From: Candidatus Melainabacteria bacterium
GTDB lineage: Bacteria; Cyanobacteriota; Vampirovibrionia; Obscuribacterales; Obscuribacteraceae
Assembly (NCBI GenBank): GCA_020854255.1
Contig: JADZFV010000392.1
Location: 1,018-33,017, forward strand
Length of the DNA stretch: 32,000 nt
Direction of reading: 5' to 3'
The notes beneath the pieces were generated by a model. That model saw only the letters and a list, made by a program, of their open reading frames with translations. It did no database searches and had not been told where the DNA came from. The position numbers were made by a program, and so were the translations under genes. Shown here piece by piece: positions 9,063 to 19,543 of the stretch; positions within the stretch are counted from its first letter, which is position 1, and every line of letters starts with the position of its first letter.

Positions 9063-10165
9063 CTGCCGAGCACGTGTTTCAACGCAGCATCCAGAGTCGA
9101 GTAGCGGTATTCGTATCCTGAATCAATAAGCTGGTTAGATTTTTTTGCTTCGCCTTCGGCGTAAGGCACTGTCAGATCTACATGATCACTGATGGCTTCA
9201 GACAGCATGCAATGCTCGATTGCGGACACGGCGTCATCTACAGCGATCCAATTTTTCGTTTTGCCTTTCCATTTCGGGTCCTCTTTCAATACACCGAAGG
9301 CCGGTGTGAGAACCGCACCGGTGCGAGCAAAAACATATCTGGTTGAAGGACTGCGCAAAAATTCAAAATGTTTCTCCAAACTGATAAATGAGTATTCTCG
9401 CGAATCGAAATCATGCGCCTCTACAAACACATTGATTGGTTTCTTGGATTTTGCCAAAACCGCAGCCAATGCATCTGGCGATTCATTCATTGCAAAGGAA
9501 CTAAAGATTTTGATTACTGCGTCAAACTCATGCCTGGATAGTAACTGCGCACAGCCCTCCAAAGATTCGAGATGGGTATCAATCGTCCTGTTTTTGTTCG
9601 GGGCAAAACTTACACAATGTCCTTGTGTTGCCAGGTAATCCAGGAGCGGGTTGGTCAGGTGAGCTGGTTGCCCAAAAACCAAAACCCTCATTCTGGGACA
9701 CTTGCGGTTTTTCATATAACCGGAAAGGTCCTTTTGAAGGACCTCATGGCGGTAGCGAAACATTCTCAGCAAGTCATAATCGAAATAACGGCCCATAAAA
9801 GGCTCCGAAGCCAGCGCCAGTGGCAGCTCAAAATCAATGTCATCATGCATAGCGCTGCGTCCGTCGGACAGCTTCTCAAAAATATGTTCATGTAGCCAAT
9901 AAGCGAAAGGTCCTTTTATCTGCCGATCGACAAATTTTTTATCGGACTCGAATTCAACGACCTCGAATGCCATATTCATGGGAATACCAAATCGGCGAGC
10001 GACCAGTTCGACCTTAAGCCCCATTTCAAGGCGCTGCGGCAACCCCTTGACTCGGACATCGAGCCAGGGAGGCGTCAGACGCTCGAAGGCTCTCTCCCGC
10101 AAATGCCAGGAAAACAGCTCGCTCACAGGCGCTTCGATGATTGAGTGGCGAACAAAATTTCTCAC
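9059..10165 (-). CDS. SRPBCC domain fused to degenerate NAD-dependent epimerase (TIGR01777/YfcH-like)
   Basis: N-terminal 'MRNFVRHSIIEAPVSELFSWHLRERAFERLTPPW' is typical of SRPBCC 'cell division inhibitor'-type fusions. The C-terminal half begins 'MRVLVFGQPAHLTNPLLDYLATQGHCV', like an SDR beta-alpha-beta fold. Confidence 0.7.
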   Translation of the reverse strand: MRNFVRHSIIEAPVSELFSWHLRERAFERLTPPWLDVRVKGLPQRLEMGLKVELVARRFGIPMNMAFEVVEFESDKKFVDRQIKGPFAYWLHEHIFEKLSDGRSAMHDDIDFELPLALASEPFMGRYFDYDLLRMFRYRHEVLQKDLSGYMKNRKCPRMRVLVFGQPAHLTNPLLDYLATQGHCVSFAPNKNRTIDTHLESLEGCAQLLSRHEFDAVIKIFSSFAMNESPDALAAVLAKSKKPINVFVEAHDFDSREYSFISLEKHFEFLRSPSTRYVFARTGAVLTPAFGVLKEDPKWKGKTKNWIAVDDAVSAIEHCMLSEAISDHVDLTVPYAEGEAKKSNQLIDSGYEYRYSTLDAALKHVLGS

Positions 10166-10334
10166 AAAGTTGGGCTGAATTTCCCCTCCGTTGGCAATCC
10201 AGTTTAACCCCCGCCGATATTAGATTGCGGAATTTCACCAATGAAGAATGGCAGATGTTAGGCCAGGGTGCATAATTGTAATTGAGTCAGCGGCCTCAAA
10301 CTGCTGACATCGGGGACTATTGGCAATTTGCGGC

Positions 10335-11837
10335 ATGAGTGAGAGCTGGACGAAATACGCTGAAAAGGGAGCTGCCGCATTCCAGGCAGGCGACTTTCCA
10401 GAAGCTGAAAAGATGATGCGGGCCGCCCTTCTGGAGGCCGAGTCGGCGTCTGATCCTCTCACTTTGGCAATTATTCTCGACAACCTGGCGGAAGTCTATT
10501 TCGAGCAGTCCAGATTCCCGGATGCCGAGCCCCTTTATGTTCGCGCCCTTAAATTGCGCGAAGACAATCTCATTCCCGGCCACGAGGACATAGTATCCAG
10601 CCTCAATAATCTTTCGGCTCTCTATTTCTTCATGGGCGAGCACGGCAAAGCCGAGCCTATTTGCAGAAAGGTGACTGCCATGTACGCCAAGGCGCTCGGT
10701 CCGGATCACCCGGAGGTAGCGACAAGCTTGAACAATTTGGGTCTTTTGTACATGGCCCAGAAGAAATACACAGATGCCGAATCGATATTCACCAAGGCAT
10801 TCCGCATCAGGGAGCGCGCGCTGGGACTGGACGACCCCGAAACAGCCTCCTCGCTCCACCAGCTCGGTTTTGCCCTCAAAGAACTGAATAAACTCGAACA
10901 GTCCCGCCAATGCCTGGAAAGAGCGCTGCCGGTGATTGAAAATGCACTCGGCCCGGAATCCAGTGAAGTAGAGTCGATCACAGACTATTTGCTGGACATA
11001 CTGACACTGCAAGGACGCGCGCAGGAATCAGCCCCATATATCGAACGCAAGCTGGCAAGCAAACAAATCACCCTCGGTCCGACCCACCCGGAAGTCGTTG
11101 CTTTGATGAAGCACTTAGGTGACATGTACTTGCAGGAGAAAAAGACCAGCGAAGCGGAGAAATTGTACAAACGCATTCTTTCTATGAAAGAGCGCGCCTT
11201 AGGAAAACAACATCCGGACGTCGCCTCCAGTTTGACCGACCTGGCCAAGGTATATCAAGCCGAGGGTAAATTCGCACAGGCCGAACAGCATTACAAAGAT
11301 TCGCTGGCGATTGCAGAAAGGGTGTTCGGCAACGATCACTTCGAGATGGCCAATCACTTAGGCGATCTCGTCAATTTCTACATTGGCTTCTCGCGTTTTG
11401 CTGTCGCCGAACAGCATGCCAAGCGGCTTCTCGACATGAAGCGCCGCATGCTTGGCGAGTCTGACAGCGGTGTGGATCCAGCCATGTACAGCCTGGCAAT
11501 TTGTTATTTCCAACAAAACAAATTGAAAGAAGCAGAACCGCTTTTCAGAAAATTGATAGAACTCAGAGAGCGCAGTCATGGTGCCGATGATCCACAGGTA
11601 GCGTCATGCCTGTTTCCCTTAGCCGACATTCTCAAACGGCAGCAACTCTATGAAGATGCCGAACCGCTCTATAAGCGCGCTATGGATATTCGCATGAAAA
11701 AACTGGGACCTCAGCATCCGGATGTGGCGATTGTGCTCGAGAGTTATGCGGATCTTTTAGCAAAAACATTCAGAGAGGCGGAAGCCGAGCATATGAAGAA
11801 TTGCGCCCGGGGCATCAACGCCTCGCAAAGAAAATAG
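10335..11837 (+). CDS. Kinesin-light-chain-type TPR protein
   Basis: Regular ~42-aa repeats such as 'AEKLYKRILSMKERALGKQHPDVASSLTDLAKVYQAEGKFAQAEQHYKDSLAIAERVFG'. ATG at 10335 preferred over 10320. Confidence 0.88.
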   Translation: MSESWTKYAEKGAAAFQAGDFPEAEKMMRAALLEAESASDPLTLAIILDNLAEVYFEQSRFPDAEPLYVRALKLREDNLIPGHEDIVSSLNNLSALYFFMGEHGKAEPICRKVTAMYAKALGPDHPEVATSLNNLGLLYMAQKKYTDAESIFTKAFRIRERALGLDDPETASSLHQLGFALKELNKLEQSRQCLERALPVIENALGPESSEVESITDYLLDILTLQGRAQESAPYIERKLASKQITLGPTHPEVVALMKHLGDMYLQEKKTSEAEKLYKRILSMKERALGKQHPDVASSLTDLAKVYQAEGKFAQAEQHYKDSLAIAERVFGNDHFEMANHLGDLVNFYIGFSRFAVAEQHAKRLLDMKRRMLGESDSGVDPAMYSLAICYFQQNKLKEAEPLFRKLIELRERSHGADDPQVASCLFPLADILKRQQLYEDAEPLYKRAMDIRMKKLGPQHPDVAIVLESYADLLAKTFREAEAEHMKNCARGINASQRK

Positions 11838-13289
11838 ATGGGGACTTCCGCTTCCAGTACCGCGCCTGTCATCGTCTGGTTTCGGCAAGACCTGAGAATA
11901 GACGACAATCCCGCCCTTTCTGCCGCCGCCGAAAGTGGTGCGCCAGTGATACCACTGTTTATCTGGTCTCCGGAAGAAGAAGGCAATTGGGAGCCGGGAG
12001 CAGCCAGCCGCTTTTGGCTCCATCACTCGCTGACCGAATTGACGATATCGCTGGCAAGACTGGGTTCGCCTCTGATAATAAAGCGTGGTTACAGCTTAAG
12101 TGTTCTTCGCGACTTTGCCAAAGAAGTAGGTGCTCATGCGGTTTATTGGAGCCGCCGCTACGAACCAAGCACGATTGTGCGCGATAAAAACTTAAAGGGC
12201 GCGCTTGTAAATGATGGCGTGGACGCACGCAGTTTCAATGCAAATTTATTATTTGAGCCATGGCAGGTCCTAAACGCAAAGAATGAGCCGTACAGAGTTT
12301 TCACCGCTTTTTACAAAGCCGCAACCGCACTTGTTACACCGCCTGCGCCGATCGATCCGCCCAAGAAATTGGTGGCGCCGGTGAAAAAAGTTCGCTCTGT
12401 TGCTATATCTGATCTAATGCTTTTGCCGAAAATCAATTGGACGATGGGCCTGAATGACGCCTGGCAGCCAGGCGAAAAAGGCGCAAAAAAAAATCTGGAA
12501 ATATTTCTGGATGTCCTGAACCGATACGTGCCGGACCGAGATTGCCCCGGTGTAAGCGGCACATCACGCTTGTCGCCGCATTTGCACTTTGGAGAGATCA
12601 GCCCCCGTACTATCTGGCACGCAGTCAGAGACACAGGCAAGGCGGGCGAAAGCAAAACCACTTATCTAAAAGAGCTGGTCTGGCGTGAATTTGCTCACAG
12701 TTTGCTCTATCACTTTCCGCATACGGCCAATTCACCATTGAGACCGGAATTCGAGAGATTCGCATGGCGCAACGATCCAGACCTTTTGGAGAGATGGCAG
12801 AAAGGCGCGACAGGCTATCCTCTTATCGACGCAGGCATGCGCGAGCTCTGGCACACAGGCTGGATGCATAATCGAGTGCGCATGATTGTTGCTTCTTTTC
12901 TGGTCAAAGACTTGCTTTTGCCCTGGCAGCAAGGTGCTGAATGGTTTTGGGACACTCTGGTAGACGCCGATCTGGCCAACAATACATTGGGCTGGCAGTG
13001 GTCAGCGGGTTGCGGCGCCGACGCCGCACCTTATTTTCGGGTTTTCAATCCTGTATTGCAGAGTCAAAAATTCGACCCGGATGGCGAGTATATAAAACGA
13101 TGGGTGCCGGAATTGTCCGGTCTGCCCAAAGCCTGGATCCACCATCCCTGGGATACGCCTAAAGAGGTTCTTAAGGCTGCTGCCATCGAGCTTGGCAAAT
13201 CCTACCCTCAACCAATTGTCGATCACGCCTTTGCACGCCAACGTGCCCTGGAAGCGTTCAAACAACTAAAGCCGGTGGCGGCCAAATAG
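11838..13289 (+). CDS. phrB: Deoxyribodipyrimidine photolyase
   Basis: 'VIVWFRQDLRIDDNPAL', 'HLHFGEISPRTIW', 'FAWRNDPDLLERWQKGATGYPLIDAGMRELWHTGWMHNRVRMIVASFLVKDLLLPWQQG', 'NNTLGWQWSAGCGADAAPYFRVFNPVLQSQKFDPDGEYIKRWVPEL'. Confidence 0.95.
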   Translation: MGTSASSTAPVIVWFRQDLRIDDNPALSAAAESGAPVIPLFIWSPEEEGNWEPGAASRFWLHHSLTELTISLARLGSPLIIKRGYSLSVLRDFAKEVGAHAVYWSRRYEPSTIVRDKNLKGALVNDGVDARSFNANLLFEPWQVLNAKNEPYRVFTAFYKAATALVTPPAPIDPPKKLVAPVKKVRSVAISDLMLLPKINWTMGLNDAWQPGEKGAKKNLEIFLDVLNRYVPDRDCPGVSGTSRLSPHLHFGEISPRTIWHAVRDTGKAGESKTTYLKELVWREFAHSLLYHFPHTANSPLRPEFERFAWRNDPDLLERWQKGATGYPLIDAGMRELWHTGWMHNRVRMIVASFLVKDLLLPWQQGAEWFWDTLVDADLANNTLGWQWSAGCGADAAPYFRVFNPVLQSQKFDPDGEYIKRWVPELSGLPKAWIHHPWDTPKEVLKAAAIELGKSYPQPIVDHAFARQRALEAFKQLKPVAAK

Positions 13290-13362
13290 GATTCAATCCA
13301 CATAAGACGCACCGTCAAAATGCCGGACGGGTTCTAACGGATCAAAACCGGTTTGAACGGAT

Positions 13363-13902
13363 TTAGTGCGGCAAAGGAGGGCTCTTTTGAGAAGGAAATA
13401 AATGCAAGTCGGGAGCCGACTCAATTTTATGATTAGCTCTGAAAATGCCCCAGTTCAAAACCAGTGCAAATGACACCCAAAACACGTACGGCAAAAGCAT
13501 CAGTCCGGCTTCAAAGGCAATGTTGGCGAAAGACAAAGTCGTAAACGCCACTGTAAACCAGAGAAGAACGACAGTGACAAAGCCTCCTAACGGATTTTTT
13601 TGACCGAAGAATATAAAGGACCAGGCCATATTCAATAAGAGCTGAAGAGCGAAAAGACTGACGGGAAGTATAACCTGCTCTCTGGTGCCAGTCGTCAAAA
13701 TGGTGGCCAGCGAAATCCCCATGAGGAAATACAGCACTGACCAAACAACGGGAAATACCCAGTCCGGCGGAGTGAATACGGGCTTGTTAATGGTCGGATA
13801 CCAGGTATCGACTGATTTTTCCGTGTAGTGGCCACCTACGGCTGCAGTAATGAAGCACAAGACCACTGATGCGAAAAATACAAATGGCTCGAGCAAATTC
13901 AT
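13363..13902 (-). CDS. tspO: TspO/MBR family protein
   Basis: 'WYPTINKPVFTPPDWVFPVVWSVLYFLMGISLA', 'LQLLLNMAWSFIFFGQKNPLGGF', 'PYVFWVSFALVLNWGIFRAN'. Confidence 0.92.
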   Translation of the reverse strand: MNLLEPFVFFASVVLCFITAAVGGHYTEKSVDTWYPTINKPVFTPPDWVFPVVWSVLYFLMGISLATILTTGTREQVILPVSLFALQLLLNMAWSFIFFGQKNPLGGFVTVVLLWFTVAFTTLSFANIAFEAGLMLLPYVFWVSFALVLNWGIFRANHKIESAPDLHLFPSQKSPPLPH

Positions 13903-14057
13903 GACGCAAACCTCACAGGGTTAAGAGCGAATCAAAGTCAGTCACAGTAAGTTTTTAGACGCCAAGGGAATTAGTAAGTTCCGGGTTCCAAATTGAGATT
14001 GCCCAGACACGACCTCCTAGTCCCGGTATTTATCCGTTCAGAAAAGTATTGGGGCTT

Positions 14058-16574
14058 CTAACGCAGCGACTCCAACTGCGCTATTTGCTCTTCCTCATGC
14101 TTCGCTTCTTCATTGAGAGCCAGTTTTTTCAAAGCCTGCAAGAGGGCGCGATGAGCGTCCATTGAGCCGGGATAGAGTTCAACAGCTTTACGAAAACTGG
14201 ATTTTGCTTCTTTGATCGCACCGGCAACCATTTGCGCATCGCCTTGCAGGAGATAGGCAGCCGGGTAATACGGATTCAATTCCAGAGCCCGCTTTGCGTG
14301 ATTGGCCGCAGTCTTGTTGTCTTCTTTGATCAGTGCGATCCGGCCCAGCATTACATATGCTTCCGGAGATTTGACATAACACTCCAGCGCTTTGTTTGCC
14401 GATGCTTCCGCCCCTTTCGTGTCCTTCTTCATCAATTGCAATTCAGACAAGACAAACCAGGCATCGGATTTTTGCTCATAATCGATGTCTTTGAGCTCTG
14501 TAGCTTTTGACGCCACGGATATGGCTTGATCGAGATCGCCTTTGAGGGCAAGCGCCTTGGCTCGAGTCTGCATTGCTTCTGCCATGTGCCTGGGATAAAT
14601 AGAAGAGAGATCTTCCGGCAAAAGCACCAGTGCTTCGTTGAAACCACCAGCCTTAACCAGTGCGTCGGCTACAGCTACGGTCTCTCGTGGCTTCTCTTCT
14701 TTGCCGAGTTTTTCATACGCAGCAAGCAGGTTCTGGCCTGATTGTTTGGTCAGATCGCGCATCGCTTTTGCTTTGGCCAGCATGAATGCGTCGAAATTAC
14801 CCTGTTGAGTATTCCTTGTCGCCAGGCTTATGGACTCATACTGGGTAGTTGCATCCGCATAACGCCCTTCCGCAAACAATAGTCCGGCCAGTGAGCGCAT
14901 CAAATCAAACTTGCTGGGTCCGGTCTGTTGATTGGCAGGGGTCAACTGCTGCAGCGCCAACGCCGTGACGAAGGCGGCTTCAGCTTTCATAAATTCGTCG
15001 TCTTCTGCGTAGCAAAAGCCGAGGGCGGACAAATCAGTGACGGAGGTGGGATTGATATTGAGAGCGTTGGTATACGCTCTTTCAGCCGACGACCAGTCCT
15101 TCTTACCTATGTATATTGCACCTAACCGGCGCCAGGGCTCGGGGTCGGTATTGGTCATTGCGGCCGCTTCCTTATACTGTTCTATAGCTTCTTCGGTTCT
15201 TTTAGCCAACGTAAGTGCATAGGCAAATTCCAGACGATAGCGGATATCTTTGGGCTTACGCTCCATCATGCGTCTGCCTTCAGCGACCATGTCGTCATAA
15301 CGCTTCTCTTGCGCCAGAATTCTATTCAGCTTGTCGTGAGCAGTTTGATTGTCGGGCTCCAGCTTCAATGCTGCGGTCAAATTCTCGGCAGCGCGATTGT
15401 TGTTGCCGGCCAGTACATTCATATTGGACAGCTCGACCAGTTCAAAAGCCTTGTCTTTACTGAGGTCTACAGCTTTCTGTTGATCCACGATAGCGCCATT
15501 GAGATTGCCCTGAAAGCTTTTTATGGTAGCGCGACTTCTAAAAAAACGAGGATTGGTGGCATCGATGTCGATGGCCTTCTTCAAGACACCGAGCGCATCT
15601 CTCAAGCGCCACTGCTCTGTGTAGATCTGGGCCAGGCGATAGTGAGTGGATGCTTGTTTGGGTGCGGCTTTGATGGCCCTTTTCGCCACATCGATAGCAC
15701 CGTCGAAGTCGTTTTTGGAAAGGCGAAGATCAACAAGGGCATCTTGAGCTTCCGTCATGCCCGGCTCAATTTCAAGCGCTTTTGCATACGCTTCTTCGGC
15801 TCTGCCGATGTCCTCCAGCCAGCGCTGCTGCAAATAACCGAGTGTGCGGAATCCCCAGGCAAACTGCGGATCAAGCTCTACGGACTTCTGGCAGTAGGCT
15901 GCCGCTGCAGTTGCTTTTCCTTGCTTGGCAGTGACCAGCGCCAAGGCGAAATTTGCCAGCGGATCGCCACCAAATTGCGGCGGCAGGGTCAAAAGAAGTT
16001 TTTCCGCTGCTTCGAATTTACCGTCCAGAGTCTGGTTGAATGCTTTGATCAAAAGCGCATAAGGGCTTTCGGGAGCTTTTTTTTCGGCATTGTCTGCCAG
16101 TTTCTTCAATTCGTCGCTCTTGCCAAGGAAAAGATAAGCAAACGCCAACCAGGCATTATCGCGATTGACGTCCTTTTCTTTCTTGACTCTTGATTCCAGC
16201 TGCCGGCTGGCTTCGCGCCAGCGCCCCTGGTTTATCAGTGTGGCGATCGAGCCGGGCAGGCCAATCACGGATTGCGGCAGATCTTCTTTGCTCGGCGCGA
16301 CTACTTGGGCTTGTGATTTATCTTCTGACTTAGCCTTTTTATCCGATTTGCTTTTCTCTTTCGGTTTTAAGTCGGCGGTCTTGCCGGCTTTCTCTACTTT
16401 TTCCTTCTTTTCGACCTTTGCTTTTTTCTCAGTCTTTTGCGTGCTCTTGGCTTCAGCTTCACCGATCGACGGCGACAGTGCCGGACAGAGCAATGTCAGG
16501 CTCAACGCCAGACACAAAGCCTGGACGCCTGTGCGCTTCTCTCGGGTTTCACTTTCATTCGATGAGTTTTTCAA
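14058..16574 (-). CDS. Large secreted TPR-repeat protein
   Basis: TTG start with GAGGAG upstream on the minus strand, signal peptide (ALCLALSLTLLCPALSPSIGEAEA), Lys-rich linker, many TPR units (AERAYTNALNINPTSVTDLSALGFCYAEDDEFMKAEAAFVTAL). Confidence 0.88.
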   Translation of the reverse strand: MKNSSNESETREKRTGVQALCLALSLTLLCPALSPSIGEAEAKSTQKTEKKAKVEKKEKVEKAGKTADLKPKEKSKSDKKAKSEDKSQAQVVAPSKEDLPQSVIGLPGSIATLINQGRWREASRQLESRVKKEKDVNRDNAWLAFAYLFLGKSDELKKLADNAEKKAPESPYALLIKAFNQTLDGKFEAAEKLLLTLPPQFGGDPLANFALALVTAKQGKATAAAAYCQKSVELDPQFAWGFRTLGYLQQRWLEDIGRAEEAYAKALEIEPGMTEAQDALVDLRLSKNDFDGAIDVAKRAIKAAPKQASTHYRLAQIYTEQWRLRDALGVLKKAIDIDATNPRFFRSRATIKSFQGNLNGAIVDQQKAVDLSKDKAFELVELSNMNVLAGNNNRAAENLTAALKLEPDNQTAHDKLNRILAQEKRYDDMVAEGRRMMERKPKDIRYRLEFAYALTLAKRTEEAIEQYKEAAAMTNTDPEPWRRLGAIYIGKKDWSSAERAYTNALNINPTSVTDLSALGFCYAEDDEFMKAEAAFVTALALQQLTPANQQTGPSKFDLMRSLAGLLFAEGRYADATTQYESISLATRNTQQGNFDAFMLAKAKAMRDLTKQSGQNLLAAYEKLGKEEKPRETVAVADALVKAGGFNEALVLLPEDLSSIYPRHMAEAMQTRAKALALKGDLDQAISVASKATELKDIDYEQKSDAWFVLSELQLMKKDTKGAEASANKALECYVKSPEAYVMLGRIALIKEDNKTAANHAKRALELNPYYPAAYLLQGDAQMVAGAIKEAKSSFRKAVELYPGSMDAHRALLQALKKLALNEEAKHEEEQIAQLESLR

Positions 16575-16604
16575 CTTGAGCTCCTCAGCATCTTTACTTC
16601 AATT

Positions 16605-19253
16605 CTAACTTTCACTGACACTGCCGGCAGTAGCAGCCTCAAAGAGAGACAATTGCATGACTTCTTCAATCGGTATATTTCTGAACTTGGGTCCGTCCAG
16701 TATTTTGCTGGCCGCACTGCGCCGCTCCATCTGCTGCATCAGATGCTGCGCGCGCGTAATTATCTCGGCGGGCAATCCGGCCATTTTGGCAACCTGAATC
16801 CCAAAACTTCGGCTGGCGCCGCCGGGCACCACCGAGCGAATGAATTCGACATGACCGTCGGTTTCTTTGACGAGAACTTGATAATTGGTTATTTGCGGGA
16901 AAAAACTGGCCAGCCCGTTCAACTCGTGATAGTGCGTGGCAAAAATAGTGCGCGCCCTGACTTCCTTGGCAAGATATTCCGAAACAGACCAGGCGATTGC
17001 CACACCGTCATAAGTGCTGGTGCCGCGCCCGACTTCGTCCAGGAGAATAAGAGAGCGGCTGGTCGCCGACAAACAGCACTGAGTCGTTTCGCTCATCTCG
17101 ACAAGGAATGTCGACTGCCCCTGCGCAAGATCATCGGCGGCGCCGATGCGCGTGAAAATGCGGTCGACGATGCCTATAGTGGCGCTGTCGGCGGGGACAA
17201 AAGATCCCATTTGCGCCAGAATAACAATGTGCGCGGTTTGCTTGAGCAAACTGGACTTACCGGCCATGTTCGGTCCGGTCAGGATGATCATTTGATGGTC
17301 GCTGCTGTCACCTTCAAGACGAGCATCGTTAGCCACATATCGTCCTCTGGGCAAGATACGCTCCAGGACCGGATGACGGCCCTTGGCAATCTTGAGTTCC
17401 AGCGAATCATCGACTTTCGGCTTTACATAGCGCCCTTCGATAGCCACTTTGGAAAGCGCAAGAAGAGCATCTAGCGTGGCCAGATTATTGGCGACAGAGA
17501 GCAAATCTCCGCCTGCGGCAGTTAGTTTTTGCCGGAGTTGAGTGAACAACCTGTACTCAACATCAGACTGATTTTTTTCCGCATTGAGGATCTTCACCTC
17601 GTACTCTTTCAAGTCGGGGGTGATAAAACGCTCTGCATTTGTCAGGGTTTGTTTTCTGATGTAATCATCGGGAACCAGCCCCTTCTGCGCATTTGTCACC
17701 TCTATGAAGTAGCCGAAATTACGGTTGAAATTGACCTTCAAGCTTTTAATGCCGGTGCGCTCTTGTTCTTGTTTTTGCAGGTCTTCAATCCATTGTTTGC
17801 CGCCGCCTAAAAGCGAACGAATCTCATCCAGCTCGCTGTCATAGCCTTCTTTGAATATGCCACCTTCAGTCAATTCTCTGGGCGGATCAGCTAAGAGAGC
17901 TCGAGAAATTTCCTCTTTGAGCGACTGCAAACTGGCCGGCAAATCGGACAGTTTGCTGAGACTTTCGCTCTTCAGTCCCTGAACGGCGTTCTTTAGAGCC
18001 GGCAATTGCGAAAGTGAATTTTCCACTGCCGCCAGCTCCTTCGGATTGATCGTGCCGGATGAGAGTTTTACCGAAAGCCGCTCCAGATCGGACAATGAGG
18101 AAAGGCAGTCTTTCAATGTTTCGCGTACTTGATTTTGCCCAATCAATTCTTCAATTGCATTTTGACGTTTTTCAATGGCGGCGACATCAAATAATGGGCG
18201 CATCAACCACTTGCGCATCATTCGGCTGCCCATGCCGGTTTGCGTCTGGTCGATAACCCAGAGAAGGCTGCCTTGAAAAACACCGTCGCGTGAAGTCTCG
18301 GCCAATTCCAAATTGCGTCTTGTGTTTTCATCCATGGTCAAATGACCGTCGACGCTGTATGTGGAAATACCATTGAAGCGCGGCATCTGGGCGCCTGTAG
18401 TTTTTTCCAGATACTCGAGCGCGGCTCCGGCGGCGGCTGTGGCCAGAGGCATTTTGTGGCAGCCAAAACCTTCCAAGGTGGCAACTTGGAAGAACTGACA
18501 GATGCGTCTCTGGGCGGGCTCAAACTGAAAATACATGGCCGGGCGGCCGGTGACATGATACTGCTGGCAGATTGCTTGTGGCAGATCGACCACTTCGCGG
18601 GCAACCACGTCGTCTCCTTGCGGCTTCACGACGCGCTTGGCGGCCAGAATTTCTTTCGGCTGAATTCTGCCAATCTCAATGGACAGACTGCTTTCCGGCA
18701 CCTGCGTGACGAAAAATTCACCACAGGAGGCATCTACGAAAGCCAGTCCCCAGAGATCGGAGCCGCCGGACGCTTTCACCGCTGAGAGCAGATAATTGTT
18801 TTCTCTAACCGGTAAAAGATGCGATTCCAAAACCGTCCCCGGTGTCAGTATTCTGGTCACCTGACGTTCGACGGGGCCTTTCTCAGCGCCGACTATTCCT
18901 ACTTGCTCGCATATGGCGACGGAATAACCTTTTTGAATGAGACGCGCCAGATACGCATCTACAGCGCGAGCGGGCACACCGGCCATAGGCATGCGGCCAC
19001 CCGGATAGGATGATTCGGGGCGGCCTGTCAGAGTGATATCGAGTTCGCGAGCAGCCACTTGCGCATCGCTGTCAAACATTTCATAGAAGTCGCCGACTCT
19101 GAAAAACACAAGAAAATCTGGGTATTGGGACTTAATCTCCCAGTATTGCCGCATCAAGGGCGTCAATTCTCGCGTTTTTTCAGCTTCTCCATTTACCGGA
19201 TACGAGGCTGTCTCGGCAGCGGAATTAATGCTTTCATTTTTCGCTTTTTTCAC
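16605..19253 (-). CDS. mutS: DNA mismatch repair protein MutS
   Basis: 'FFRVGDFYEMFDSDA' (Phe-Tyr-Glu mismatch motif), 'ILTGPNMAGKSSLLKQTA' Walker A, 'STFLVEMSET', 'LILLDEVGRGTSTYDGVAIAW', 'TIFATHYHELNGL'. Confidence 0.97.
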   Translation of the reverse strand: MKKAKNESINSAAETASYPVNGEAEKTRELTPLMRQYWEIKSQYPDFLVFFRVGDFYEMFDSDAQVAARELDITLTGRPESSYPGGRMPMAGVPARAVDAYLARLIQKGYSVAICEQVGIVGAEKGPVERQVTRILTPGTVLESHLLPVRENNYLLSAVKASGGSDLWGLAFVDASCGEFFVTQVPESSLSIEIGRIQPKEILAAKRVVKPQGDDVVAREVVDLPQAICQQYHVTGRPAMYFQFEPAQRRICQFFQVATLEGFGCHKMPLATAAAGAALEYLEKTTGAQMPRFNGISTYSVDGHLTMDENTRRNLELAETSRDGVFQGSLLWVIDQTQTGMGSRMMRKWLMRPLFDVAAIEKRQNAIEELIGQNQVRETLKDCLSSLSDLERLSVKLSSGTINPKELAAVENSLSQLPALKNAVQGLKSESLSKLSDLPASLQSLKEEISRALLADPPRELTEGGIFKEGYDSELDEIRSLLGGGKQWIEDLQKQEQERTGIKSLKVNFNRNFGYFIEVTNAQKGLVPDDYIRKQTLTNAERFITPDLKEYEVKILNAEKNQSDVEYRLFTQLRQKLTAAGGDLLSVANNLATLDALLALSKVAIEGRYVKPKVDDSLELKIAKGRHPVLERILPRGRYVANDARLEGDSSDHQMIILTGPNMAGKSSLLKQTAHIVILAQMGSFVPADSATIGIVDRIFTRIGAADDLAQGQSTFLVEMSETTQCCLSATSRSLILLDEVGRGTSTYDGVAIAWSVSEYLAKEVRARTIFATHYHELNGLASFFPQITNYQVLVKETDGHVEFIRSVVPGGASRSFGIQVAKMAGLPAEIITRAQHLMQQMERRSAASKILDGPKFRNIPIEEVMQLSLFEAATAGSVSES

Positions 19254-19543
19254 GTTTTCAAAATACCTTGAATTCGGTTTCTTTCCCCAAATTGTCCCGT
19301 TCGATATATTTTCGAACCGATTCTATTCTCAAAACAATTCGACACATATGCGGATCATCGCAACGACTGCGCGTCAGACCAATCTTACATTTCGACCGAG
19401 GCGTCTGTTCTCATTAAGAGGATAAGCTTCTGGTAAGATGAGCCTTTGGTAATATAAATTACTCTAGAGCGGGAGCCTGAGAAGGCGTTTGGTGGGTCCT
19501 GCGAATTTGCGAGCCAAAAATAGGGCGGTAACCAGTAAAACAT

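Noticed and set aside
10317-11012. 231-aa minus-strand ORF
   Set aside because: It lies entirely antisense to the KLC-type TPR gene with clear repeats; compositional shadow.
15309-16193. 294-aa antisense ORF opposite the large TPR gene
   Set aside because: It is a shadow ORF of a well-supported minus-strand coding gene, its translation lacks domain motifs, and it has no Shine-Dalgarno of note.
19426-19543. Possible riboswitch in the leader before 19544 (GTAAT-ATAA-ATTAC, GCCT/AGGC)
   Set aside because: Only short, weak stems and no match to a class I can recognise; left unannotated.
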